Source: a virus (taxonomy: Duplodnaviria; Heunggongvirae; Uroviricota; Caudoviricetes). Taken from it: a DNA stretch of 64,000 nt. The stretch lies in the IMG/VR virus record IMGVR_UViG_3300025316_000590, positions 134-64,133 of that record, one strand, 5' to 3'. Position numbers and translations under genes: made by a program. Under the pieces are notes generated by a model, which did not search any database, was not told the origin of the DNA, and saw only the letters and a program-made list of their open reading frames with translations. Below are positions 9,866-19,460 of this stretch, in pieces; within the stretch, counting starts at the first letter, position 1, and the number at the start of each line of letters is the position of its first letter.

Positions 9866-11404
9866 ATGACGAGGATGTTCGATAACCGTCCGGTGGGTGA
9901 CTGGGCCATGAGCCTGAGTAACCAGCTTTTCGGTACGAAGGAAATCAAGCTGGGCACGAGCAGCAAGCCGACGACGGATGTTCTCCTTCTGTCCCTTGGC
10001 TGCGGCGAGTTTGAAGTTCTTCGATTGGGCGATGTGACGGGACACGAGTTCCACGGGAACCAGTACGGGCCGGGCAGCATCCACGGTGCGAAGACCCGCG
10101 AGTTCCTGAACAACGACCTCAAGAAGGGCAACAACATCATCAGCGTCGCCCACCGTAAGGTCTTCTCCGCAGCCAACGGTGAACTGGTCAAGAAGCACCG
10201 TGGCATCGCAGCGGACGGCGGCGAGCATCCGAACAAGGGCAAGAAGACCGAGGAGCTGTACCCGCAGGGCGTCACCCGCGAAGCGGTCGGTCGTTTCCAC
10301 GTCGGGTTCAATTACGAGAAGAACGTGCAGGCCCAGCAGGGCCGTGAGGGTCTCGATCAGGACTTCGAGAAGCAGCCCATGTGGGTCTCGAAGGCCCATC
10401 CCGAAGGTGCCGGCCAGCACGATGCCGACAACCCCCAGATCATCAAGCACGTCGATACCGGACGTGAATACCTCCAGCTTCGTCCGCACACCGACGCCAA
10501 GGGCAACGTGCGACGCGAGCACGAGCAGTGGCGTGACAATGCCACGGGCCGCGTCCTGCCGGCGGAAGAGGTGAAGGAACTCAAGAAGAATCTCCTGCAA
10601 GGCGGCAACAGCAAGCCCAAGGCAGCGGAGCAGGGCGGCATCGAGAAGAAGATTCCCGTGCGGGCCATCCCGCTAGAGGATATCTATTCCCTGCGGGCCA
10701 GCCGCGACAAGGGATGGAAGAAAATCAACCAGGCGTCCCACGATGAAGCCGCAGCCGCACCGGCAGCCCTGAGTCGCGGTGATCTGAAACTGGCCTTCGG
10801 CAAGAAGGGTGCCCCGAGCCGTGCGTCCATGAACGCCCTGATGGCCAAGCACGATGCCGACTGCGACAAGTGGGACGCGAAGGGCGGTGGTCAGGACACC
10901 TCCCTGAGCCACGGCGACCTCGTTCTCGAACAGGCCGGGCACGCGTTCCACGGCAACCAGTACGCCGGTGGCGAGGCTGGTGCTGCGGTGGGAGCCCGTG
11001 CGGCGGCCAAGCGGATTGTCGAGCGTGCCCCAGGTGAAGGCAAGCCCGTTCTCCGCAGCGACGTCAAGCCGGCTGCCCGTCAGACCAAGAGTTACGGGCG
11101 GGCCGAGAAGAAGGTGGTGGCCGCCACATCGAATGAAGAGCATGAGCAGATGCGAATTCTGACCATGAACGACCGCGACTTGGCCACTCGCATCAACAAG
11201 ATCAAGAACAAGGACAAACTGGAACGCTTCGTCGGTGCCCTTAAGCGGGCGGGAAAACACGACCTCGCCAAGGCCGCGGGTGAACGTTTGGTGTCCCTGA
11301 GCCGTGGCGAGAACCTGCCTCTGGTGTTCAGCCAGGGTGCATGGGTTCTGGAACGTCCCGCGACAGTGGTGATGGCCGAGCGTATGGCTGCTCTGGCGAA
11401 GTAA
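9866..11404 (+). CDS. Modular cargo polyprotein 2 (two GNQ motifs)
   Basis: AAGGAG SD; motifs at 10019 and 10919. Confidence 0.8.
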   Translation: MTRMFDNRPVGDWAMSLSNQLFGTKEIKLGTSSKPTTDVLLLSLGCGEFEVLRLGDVTGHEFHGNQYGPGSIHGAKTREFLNNDLKKGNNIISVAHRKVFSAANGELVKKHRGIAADGGEHPNKGKKTEELYPQGVTREAVGRFHVGFNYEKNVQAQQGREGLDQDFEKQPMWVSKAHPEGAGQHDADNPQIIKHVDTGREYLQLRPHTDAKGNVRREHEQWRDNATGRVLPAEEVKELKKNLLQGGNSKPKAAEQGGIEKKIPVRAIPLEDIYSLRASRDKGWKKINQASHDEAAAAPAALSRGDLKLAFGKKGAPSRASMNALMAKHDADCDKWDAKGGGQDTSLSHGDLVLEQAGHAFHGNQYAGGEAGAAVGARAAAKRIVERAPGEGKPVLRSDVKPAARQTKSYGRAEKKVVAATSNEEHEQMRILTMNDRDLATRINKIKNKDKLERFVGALKRAGKHDLAKAAGERLVSLSRGENLPLVFSQGAWVLERPATVVMAERMAALAK

Positions 11405-11422
11405 ATATCAAAGGAGACCGCC

Positions 11423-11944
11423 GTGCAGAATTACATCGTCGATCTATTCTTGAGCCAGCCGTCGCTCGTTCTGGGCGACGTGGCGGGTCACGCGTTTCAC
11501 GGCAATCAGTATACTGCATCAGCCGAGACCGCGTCGTCCGAGGCCAACGCTAAGACCAGAGCACTGAACGGTGCTATGGGTGCCAAGAATCATGCGGACA
11601 TGGCCCAGGCCAAGGCAGACGAGGCTAAGGGTCATCTCGCCAAAGGCAAGTTCGGCAAGGCCGTTGTGGCTTACCGTTCCGCAGCAAAATATCATAAGAA
11701 GGCGTGGCTGGAGCACGAGGATACTTACAATCACGTCGACTACCGCGACGTAACTCGTGACGGTGAAGCCGCCAGTGCCCAGATGAAGGCCAAGGCAGCC
11801 AACGAGGCTGCCGCCAAATCCATCGAGGCCGATCATCCTGAAGCCAAGTCCAAGCCGCGACGCGTTAGTGCTCGGGAGCAAGCCAACTTGGATGCCGGCC
11901 TGAAGAAGGTGCGGGGAGACCTGGGCGGCGTATATTACGAATAA
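11423..11944 (+). CDS. Cargo protein, leader MQNYIVDLFLS and one GNQ motif
   Basis: AAGGAG SD, GTG start; motif at 11465. Confidence 0.8.
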   Translation: MQNYIVDLFLSQPSLVLGDVAGHAFHGNQYTASAETASSEANAKTRALNGAMGAKNHADMAQAKADEAKGHLAKGKFGKAVVAYRSAAKYHKKAWLEHEDTYNHVDYRDVTRDGEAASAQMKAKAANEAAAKSIEADHPEAKSKPRRVSAREQANLDAGLKKVRGDLGGVYYE

Positions 11945-11953
11945 GGTGGTATC

Positions 11954-14416
11954 ATGCAGAACTTCATCGTCGATATGTTTCTCAGCCTTCCGGTTAGCGG
12001 CAAGGCTATTTCTCTGGGCGGCGACCAGGCCCGCGACGAGAACGGTCGCTGGGCCGCTGTAGGTAAGGCTCGCGACACCGTCGAACGCCTGAAGCGTGTA
12101 GCGGACAAACGGGGCGTCGATACCCATGACGATGACGAGGTAACGGCGTCCTCAGATGATGCCCAGAAGGCCAGCAGCAAGTGCGGCCCGAAGTGCAACA
12201 GCAGCGATCACGACACCGCCTCCAACGCACACGGTGCGGCCCAGGACTACGCTGAGAAGATGGCGGCCAAATACAGTCAGTCAGCCGAGGACGGCCCCAC
12301 GGACGGCCCGCTACGCGGCAGGGAGTATAACCGTGCCGATAGTCGCGAGGCATCCGAGCACGGCGCGAACCACCAGGACATGCACGAGAAGCTTTCTGCG
12401 GCCTACAGTGCGTTAGCCCGTGCCCACGAAGACGCCGCCGTTGATCACGACGACAAGTCGTCCACGGGCAAGCTTTCCCGCGGCCTTGACCTTGAGCTTG
12501 GTGATCTTGCGGGTCATCCTTTCCACGGTAACCAGTGGTCGGGCGGTGCGGGCGGAGCAAAGTTGGCTCCGGATAACGGCGGTGGATCCGGCGGTGCCGC
12601 CCCACGAGCCAAGTACCGAATGCCGGATCATGACGATCTACGCAACCGCATGGGCGAGCGTGCCTATGAGAAGGCGATGGACCATGAGTACAAGCGTCTC
12701 AGGACGATGGACGACGCCGCCCTGGAACGTCGCATCGGCAAGATCAAAGATCCCGACAAGATGGCCATGTTCGCCCTGGCCCTGGAAAACGAGAATCACC
12801 ACCGCATGGCGGCGAAGGCTTACGACGCTCACAAGGCCATGTGGCAGGCTGCCAACCCAGCACCAGTGGCACCGCCTGCCCCGGTTGCTCCGCCACCGGC
12901 TGCCAAACCGCAACTGAGCACGACCGACGAGGCGATGTCGCGGCGGGTGCAGGCCGCCGATAAGGCAGCCGCCGACGCGAACCGTGCTCGCATTGGTGTG
13001 CGGCAGGCTGCTGATCGCCCCACACCCGCAGGCAAAATGCCCGCCAAGATCGCCCGTGACTTTGGTGGTGTACCCAATCCCCGTATTCGTGAACGGCAGC
13101 AGCGTATCGAACGTGAGAACCGCCGCGACCGTGAGCTTCAGGGTCGGCGACGTGACGCCAAGGATCAGAAAGCATGGGATCATGAAAAGATGCGAATTCG
13201 CTCGATGGACGAGAAAGCCCTCATCCGCCGCGTCAACAAGATCGGCCACAAGGACAAGCTGAAGATGTTCGGCGACGCCCTTGAGGATGAGAACTATCAT
13301 GCCCTCGCGGCTTTGGCTCGTCAGCGTGCTTTGACCCTGAGCAGCGGGCGGAACTTCGAGGTGATGCTGTCGGGGCGAGTGTTGGTGCTGGGCGAAGTGG
13401 GTGCTTTGGTTCTGGGCGATACCCCAGGCCATCCATTCCGCGGCAACCAGTTCTCGCCGGGCGGTGAGGAGCACGCCGATAAGGTCGGCAAGCTGCATCC
13501 GTCGCTCGCGGGCGATAAGAATCATGCCCAGAAGCAGGCAGAGTCACTCGGCATCCAGAAGCCAAACTTCGCCGGTCAGGGCGTTCACCTGGGGCACGTC
13601 AACAACCCGCATTACAACACCATCGTGGACAACGGGTTCCATTACAGCCACTCGACCGGCATCGGAACCGGCAATGCTGGAAACGATCCATACGTTCATC
13701 ATACTTACACCAGCGACAAGAACCCTGACCTGCACGTTGGTGTTGACGCCCGCAACAACAAATGGGACGTGAGCACAAGTGGATCCGGTCGCCAGACGAC
13801 CGGCAGCAGTTCGGGCGATCTGGCCCGCGTTCTGAGGCGTCGTAACGCGGCCATCGACACCGGCATTGCCGGCCCGAAGCCTGGGCCGCTGACGAGTGCC
13901 ATCGATACGGGCATTGCCCCGCAGCGGCCCGGTCCCCTGACGAGTGCCATCGATCCTGGTGGAATCGCGGGTCGTACTCCGAAGCATACGGATCCGATTT
14001 ATCGCGACCAGCAGAAGATGCCGAAGTACAACGGCACGGTGAGCCCTCTGACCGCAGGCTATAACGATGCCGGCAAGATTCTGCGACAGCGGATGCCTGG
14101 AGCGTCGAAGGCAGACCACGTGGCCCACGGCGACGTTCACTTCTCCAACGCCAAGGCGATGGAAGCCAAGCATACGGCCCTGGTCGACAAAACGGTCAAG
14201 AAGATGGGTGGTGACCCGAAGCTTCCCACGGCCCTCCAGCAGGACAAGTTCGGCCCGCCGATCAGCGGTGTGGTCAGCGAAAAGTTTCCAGACAAGGTCA
14301 AGAGCAAGCTGCGAGACCTCGCTCAGGGTGCTTCGGCATCGAAATCTGCAGCGATGGCCCACTACGCGGCAGCGGGCAAGAAGCTCGATACAGCCCGAGC
14401 CAAACTTCACGAGTAA
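11954..14416 (+). CDS. Modular cargo polyprotein 3 (RDENGRW header and two GNQ motifs)
   Basis: Leader MQNFIVDMFLS; motifs at 12032, 12491, 13406. Confidence 0.8.
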   Translation: MQNFIVDMFLSLPVSGKAISLGGDQARDENGRWAAVGKARDTVERLKRVADKRGVDTHDDDEVTASSDDAQKASSKCGPKCNSSDHDTASNAHGAAQDYAEKMAAKYSQSAEDGPTDGPLRGREYNRADSREASEHGANHQDMHEKLSAAYSALARAHEDAAVDHDDKSSTGKLSRGLDLELGDLAGHPFHGNQWSGGAGGAKLAPDNGGGSGGAAPRAKYRMPDHDDLRNRMGERAYEKAMDHEYKRLRTMDDAALERRIGKIKDPDKMAMFALALENENHHRMAAKAYDAHKAMWQAANPAPVAPPAPVAPPPAAKPQLSTTDEAMSRRVQAADKAAADANRARIGVRQAADRPTPAGKMPAKIARDFGGVPNPRIRERQQRIERENRRDRELQGRRRDAKDQKAWDHEKMRIRSMDEKALIRRVNKIGHKDKLKMFGDALEDENYHALAALARQRALTLSSGRNFEVMLSGRVLVLGEVGALVLGDTPGHPFRGNQFSPGGEEHADKVGKLHPSLAGDKNHAQKQAESLGIQKPNFAGQGVHLGHVNNPHYNTIVDNGFHYSHSTGIGTGNAGNDPYVHHTYTSDKNPDLHVGVDARNNKWDVSTSGSGRQTTGSSSGDLARVLRRRNAAIDTGIAGPKPGPLTSAIDTGIAPQRPGPLTSAIDPGGIAGRTPKHTDPIYRDQQKMPKYNGTVSPLTAGYNDAGKILRQRMPGASKADHVAHGDVHFSNAKAMEAKHTALVDKTVKKMGGDPKLPTALQQDKFGPPISGVVSEKFPDKVKSKLRDLAQGASASKSAAMAHYAAAGKKLDTARAKLHE
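13850..13972 (+). repeat. 48-bp (16-aa) coding tandem repeat AIDTGIAxxxPGPLTS x2.5
   Basis: Units at 13850, 13898 and a partial at 13946. Confidence 0.85.
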
Positions 14417-14428
14417 GGAGATCATACG

Positions 14429-14911
14429 ATGCCCGGAATTACGCAACCAGCTACTCAGGTAGCTCAGAATCTACAATCGGGTGTGTTTCAGCCGAACGCT
14501 GACGGTCGGTTCGTTCCGCCTCCCGGCTATATCTTCACGCGTGAGCACGAGAATCACACCATGCGGAATGCCGCGACAGGCGTGCCACTTTCCGCCACGG
14601 TGAACGCCATGTCGGTTCGTGGCATGGCCGCCGTTGTGCCGCCTGCGGCAAGCACGCTTATTACGGCATGCACTGGATGGTCTGCGCCAGCGGCGTCGTT
14701 ACAGGCCACGCTACAAGCAGTCTTGATTGCAGCATCAGGTTCGGGCGTGTTCATGGCCTACAATGCTACCGCAAGTGCATCTTCAGTGCCTGTGCCGACA
14801 AACGGCATAATGATTCCGATCAATTACGGCGATCTCATCTTGATGAAGTTTTACGGTAACGCATCTGCGACTGTGAGTATTATCATGCTCGGCTTCGTGC
14901 CGCCTATTTAA
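14429..14911 (+). CDS. Putative small virion structural protein
   Basis: AAGGAG SD; Ala/Thr/Val-rich beta-type composition. Confidence 0.55.
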   Translation: MPGITQPATQVAQNLQSGVFQPNADGRFVPPPGYIFTREHENHTMRNAATGVPLSATVNAMSVRGMAAVVPPAASTLITACTGWSAPAASLQATLQAVLIAASGSGVFMAYNATASASSVPVPTNGIMIPINYGDLILMKFYGNASATVSIIMLGFVPPI

Positions 14912-14912
14912 T

Positions 14913-15899
14913 ATGTCCATTATTGTCGATCTATTCCTGAGCCTCGATATCCGTCGCACCGAACGCCACATGCGGGCGTTGTGTTTGGCTGGTGATCCCG
15001 ACCAGGCTCGCGACGATCATGGCCGTTGGGCTCGCATCGAGGCGGCCATATCCACGGCCCGCGAAGGAATGACCGCAGCTCTAGCCAACGGCAAGCCCAA
15101 GGGCAGTTTCCTCAAGGAACCTGAGAAGATTCACGATACGGTGCGTCATGCATCAGCGGTTGCGTCAGCTTCTGGATCGGTTAAGGATCATAAGGCGGCA
15201 GCCAAAGCCGCCAAGTCGGCGGCCAATAAGGTCGAAGTGCTGGCTGGGGATCACGCTCGTGCTGGCAACAAGGTCGAGGCCCAAGCATCCCTAGCGGCAG
15301 TGAAAGCCTACAAAGACTTGGCTCGGCATCACGCAGCCACAGCCGTGGCCGGTGGGGAAAGCAGCCCCCACGGTGCGTTGATGACCAACAGCCCCGTGCG
15401 TCGTCGCATCGATAATCAGCCACTGGCGGAGGCTGCTCCCGCTGCTCCACCTGAGCCGCAGCCCGATATCGAATACGAGAAACGACCGGACTATGGTGTG
15501 ATGTCCGAAGACCAGATGATGGATTTGCCTCTAACTGATCTGGATAAGTACGGTAAGGGCTATCAGGGATCCATGCCATTCCGAGGCGACGAGGTGAAAG
15601 AAGCCCTGGACAAGTTGGGTAGCAAGTCGGACAATGCTCGTGCGTTGCAGAAGGATTTCGACGCCGGCAAAACGACCGACATTGAAAACCTCATGAACAT
15701 GCACGCGGATGCCTTGGCGGGCATCAAAGAAGTGACTACACTGCTAAAGCCTTACTCAGGTGGCGTGCGGTGGAATCGTATGTCGGACGACGCCGACTAC
15801 CACGAGACGCAGCTACGCAAACTTGAGGAAAAAGCGGGTCCGAAATCACCCCGCAGCACCTGCCCGTCAGGCAATCCGAATATGTGGTGCAGCCGATAA
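14913..15899 (+). CDS. Cargo protein, leader MSIIVDLFLS and DQARDDHGRW header
   Basis: Shares leader and header with 11423 and 11954. Confidence 0.75.
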   Translation: MSIIVDLFLSLDIRRTERHMRALCLAGDPDQARDDHGRWARIEAAISTAREGMTAALANGKPKGSFLKEPEKIHDTVRHASAVASASGSVKDHKAAAKAAKSAANKVEVLAGDHARAGNKVEAQASLAAVKAYKDLARHHAATAVAGGESSPHGALMTNSPVRRRIDNQPLAEAAPAAPPEPQPDIEYEKRPDYGVMSEDQMMDLPLTDLDKYGKGYQGSMPFRGDEVKEALDKLGSKSDNARALQKDFDAGKTTDIENLMNMHADALAGIKEVTTLLKPYSGGVRWNRMSDDADYHETQLRKLEEKAGPKSPRSTCPSGNPNMWCSR

Positions 15900-15917
15900 T
15901 CCTATTTGAAGGTCATC

Positions 15918-16418
15918 ATGAATCGCCGAAGTTTTCTACAGCGAGCCTCCGCATTCTTTGCGGCGGTCGTAGCAGGGCCGAAGGCCCTGTTTTCGTCAGC
16001 TACCAAACCGAAGCTGGAACTAACCAAGGACGCAGAGTTTGAGGTCTACCTGGACCTCGACTATGTTCCTTCGAGTCTGTTGTATACCTACGGCAGCGTG
16101 AATGCCGTCCAGTTCAAGGACTGGTCAGCGGGAACCCTGTGGGCCAAGGCTTATAAGGTGGACAGAATCCTGACGCCTGAGCAGGAGCCGTCATTTAGTA
16201 TCAGCATACTGATGGCCTACCGCAAGGATGGCTGGAACCGAGTCTTTGCGTGCGACACTCCGGAGTTCTGGGACGCATTCGACCGCGGTGACGATCTTCC
16301 GCCGGCTCAGGGACGGTGGATTAACGCACCGCTGTACGCCAAGGCGTCGTTCGCCTGGCTGGAGAACGCGTCGATCAGCCCGTACATCGATGCTCCGAAG
16401 TCACGCAGCCGCGGCTAG
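15918..16418 (+). CDS. Protein with twin-arginine-like N-terminus
   Basis: MNRRSFLQRASAFFAAVVAG. Confidence 0.6.
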   Translation: MNRRSFLQRASAFFAAVVAGPKALFSSATKPKLELTKDAEFEVYLDLDYVPSSLLYTYGSVNAVQFKDWSAGTLWAKAYKVDRILTPEQEPSFSISILMAYRKDGWNRVFACDTPEFWDAFDRGDDLPPAQGRWINAPLYAKASFAWLENASISPYIDAPKSRSRG

Positions 16419-16436
16419 AACCGCAGGAGGTTCACC

Positions 16437-19202
16437 ATGCCGTTAGCTGTACCGCAGTTCGTCGATGTCGGTGGGGCTCAATGGAAGATTCTTGATCGCC
16501 ACGCCGAGCAGGAGGCGATGTGGAACACCGCCCGCTACTGCAAAATGATCTACGCCTGTGCTTCCCGTGGTGCAGGCAAGTGCATCGTCGAGGGCGGTCT
16601 CGTGACGATGGCCGACGGCACCGTGCGAGCCATTGAGGATGTGAAAGCTGACGATCATGTTGTGAACGTCAGCCGTCACCTGCGGCGGCAAACGACGAAG
16701 GTGGTGGGTCTCATGAACAACGGCATGCGGCCCACTCTGAACATCCGCCTGTCGGGACGTGTGTTGCCATGCACAGATAATCACCCTCTGCTGGTCAACG
16801 GCAATCATTGGGTGAACGCGGGCGATGTGCGGGTAAATGATCTTGTGGCGGTGCTCAGATCGGATCCGCAGTTCGGCACAGAACGCATGGCTGATGATGA
16901 CCTCGATTTCCTCGCTATGTGGCTGGCTGAAGGTGCGGCGTACACCATCAGCAACCAGACGCCCGCTATCGTGAACCGTCTGCACGAGGTTGCGGCGGGT
17001 TGGGATTTGACGCCCACCAGTGATGATGGGTGTGCATGGTACTTGAAGATGAATGCTCCACGGCACGATGCGAATCTTGGCGTGCGGCATCAGGCGAGGT
17101 TGCTGCTGGAACGCCTCGGTTTATGGGGGCGGGACAGTAAAACGAAGTTCATCCCCGACTGCGTATTTAAGCTGCCCCGCGATCAGCTTGCCCGATTCCT
17201 GAGCGTGTTCTACGGCTGTGACGGTTACTGCTGCCCGAAAACAGAAAGGGGCGGGCGGGTCGCTTACACTATCGGTACGGGCTTGGCGAATCGTCTTATG
17301 GTACGGCAGATGTCGGCCCTGCTCCTCAAATTCGGCATCCGTGGTAGTTTCACTCATAGACATCACGCGGCACGCAGCCGTCGCACTGGACAGCGGTTTC
17401 ATTCATGGCGGCTGGAGACGGTATGCTCGGACGGCATTGTGCGGTTTGCTGAGGAGATCGGCATGCTGGGGAAAGAGACTGCTGTGCAGCGGGCACTCAT
17501 CGCGGCCAAGGCACTGACCCGACCGAACTGTAATGATCTTTTGCCCATCACCGAACAGGAATTTAGCGACCACGTTGTAATTCGGCGATACCACATCACA
17601 CCGCACAATGCCAGAATTCGCGGGGCTGCACCCGATCTGCTTCAGAATATGAGCCTGTGGCGAAACAGGAATTCTCGGCGGGTGTCGCGGGCCATGTTCG
17701 AGAAGATCAGGAAGCACTCGGACGGATCATTCGACAACCTCGCTGATGGTGATGTGGTTTGGGAACGCGTCGTGGCCATCGAGGATGGTGGCGTGCGACA
17801 GACGTATGATCTGGAGGTGGAAGGCGAGCATAACTTCATTGTGGAGGGGGCAGTTGTTCATAACAGTGAGATGGCCAAGCGTAAGCTGGCTATGAGTCTG
17901 GGTATCCGCAAGCCGTGGTATGACCCACGCTATTTCTACGCTGCCCCAACGTACCGGCAGGTTAAATCAGTGGTGTGGCAGGATATGCTGCACTTCGTGC
18001 CGCCGTCGTGGATCGCACCACATGGCATATCACACAGCGAACTCACGATCAGGACGATCTTCGGCAGTGAACTTAAGCTATTCGGTCTGGACAGCGCACA
18101 GCGCATGGAAGGCGTGCAGTACGATGGTGGCGTTGTAGACGAAGCCTCCGACGTCGACCACGGCATGGTTGACCGAGCTATTCTCCCCGCCCTGACGCAC
18201 CGCGACGGCTGGCTGTGGAAGATCGGTGTGCCTAAGCGGTTCGGCATCGGGGCGTATGAGTTCAAGAAGCAGTTCCTGCGTGCGATGCGGAAACGCCGCG
18301 AGTCCGAGGCCAACGGTACAGTTCCAGAAGAAGCTGCGTTCATTTGGCCCGCAGACGGCATCGTGCCCCAGGCCCGCCTGGACTTCTACCGTCGCACGTG
18401 GGATCCGCAGGACTTTGAGGAGCAGTTCGGTGCCCAGTGGCTGGAGGTGGGCGGCGGCATTTACCACAGTTTCTCAGCGGCGGAGGACGGCACGGGCAAC
18501 GTGCGGCCATGTCCGTACCGACCTGATCTGCCCATCCGCGTAGGCATGGACTTCAACGTGAACCCAGGTGCGATCACCCTGGGACACAAGGTCGACAATC
18601 ACTTTGAGGTGTTCGACGAGTTCCATCTGCTCAATACGAACACCCAGAGGATGCTCGACTCCCTGTGGAACCGCTACGGCACGCCAGGGCGGAATCATCG
18701 CAGTGGCTTCTGGTTCTACGGTGACGCCACGGGCCGAGCACGCAAGACGTCGGCAGCATCATCTGACTACACCCAGATCTTCAACGACGCCAGATTCCGC
18801 GAGGTGGGTCGAACTATTCATTGGCAGAAGAGCAACCCGCCCCGCACCGACAGGTTTGCCTGCACGAACGCCCTAATCAAGAATGGTGAAAATGAACGTC
18901 GATTACTCATCGACCCACGATGCACGCACCTGATCGACGACTACATGCACCGTGCGTGGCGTGAGCACACCCGCGAACTGCCGACCGAAGAAGGTATGGT
19001 AGGGCATCATGCAGATTCATGTGACTATATCATCTGGCGTGTGTTCCCGCTGCGTTTGAACGTCATGGAGCTTCCCGACGTCAGCATTTCCCTGCCAACG
19101 CAGGCAACGTTGCCTAACCCCGGCCTGACGTCGCAAGTGCCCGGATACATGGATCCGCGGGCCAGCCGCAGTCTGAGAATCAATCCATTGGCTGGCGAGT
19201 AG
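16437..19202 (+). CDS. terL: Terminase large subunit, intein-containing
   Basis: Walker A ASRGAGK|S, YAAPTYRQVK, Walker B GGVVDEA, nuclease GMDFN, YGDATG, HHADS. Confidence 0.93.
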   Translation: MPLAVPQFVDVGGAQWKILDRHAEQEAMWNTARYCKMIYACASRGAGKCIVEGGLVTMADGTVRAIEDVKADDHVVNVSRHLRRQTTKVVGLMNNGMRPTLNIRLSGRVLPCTDNHPLLVNGNHWVNAGDVRVNDLVAVLRSDPQFGTERMADDDLDFLAMWLAEGAAYTISNQTPAIVNRLHEVAAGWDLTPTSDDGCAWYLKMNAPRHDANLGVRHQARLLLERLGLWGRDSKTKFIPDCVFKLPRDQLARFLSVFYGCDGYCCPKTERGGRVAYTIGTGLANRLMVRQMSALLLKFGIRGSFTHRHHAARSRRTGQRFHSWRLETVCSDGIVRFAEEIGMLGKETAVQRALIAAKALTRPNCNDLLPITEQEFSDHVVIRRYHITPHNARIRGAAPDLLQNMSLWRNRNSRRVSRAMFEKIRKHSDGSFDNLADGDVVWERVVAIEDGGVRQTYDLEVEGEHNFIVEGAVVHNSEMAKRKLAMSLGIRKPWYDPRYFYAAPTYRQVKSVVWQDMLHFVPPSWIAPHGISHSELTIRTIFGSELKLFGLDSAQRMEGVQYDGGVVDEASDVDHGMVDRAILPALTHRDGWLWKIGVPKRFGIGAYEFKKQFLRAMRKRRESEANGTVPEEAAFIWPADGIVPQARLDFYRRTWDPQDFEEQFGAQWLEVGGGIYHSFSAAEDGTGNVRPCPYRPDLPIRVGMDFNVNPGAITLGHKVDNHFEVFDEFHLLNTNTQRMLDSLWNRYGTPGRNHRSGFWFYGDATGRARKTSAASSDYTQIFNDARFREVGRTIHWQKSNPPRTDRFACTNALIKNGENERRLLIDPRCTHLIDDYMHRAWREHTRELPTEEGMVGHHADSCDYIIWRVFPLRLNVMELPDVSISLPTQATLPNPGLTSQVPGYMDPRASRSLRINPLAGE
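16581..17864 (+). mobile_element. Intein with LAGLIDADG endonuclease (428 aa) in TerL Walker A
   Basis: Starts CIVEGGLV; TDNHP block B; FLAMWLAEG and FLSVFYGCDG; ends YDLEV..HNF..VVHN followed by Ser. Confidence 0.93.
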
Positions 19203-19232
19203 TTGCTATGATAAACGCATTGGAGGTGTGAT

Positions 19233-19460
19233 ATGAACGCTCATGATGAGATGGCAATTGAGGTGCGGGTTTTACTCGTGAAGACCGGAGACACGACCCT
19301 GGGTACGATCTCCCACAGGACGCACATATCATGCCCCGTGCTGATCCAGATGCTGGAGGCAAACAAGGAATCATTCTGGTTTCTGAGAAAGGCCCCAGCA
19401 CGTGAATCCGACGTCGGGCTGACGTCGGTGGGTATGGCGAAAGCCTCGGAGGAACAATGA
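19233..19460 (+). CDS. Hypothetical protein
   Basis: GGAGG SD; stop overlaps next start. Confidence 0.6.
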   Translation: MNAHDEMAIEVRVLLVKTGDTTLGTISHRTHISCPVLIQMLEANKESFWFLRKAPARESDVGLTSVGMAKASEEQ

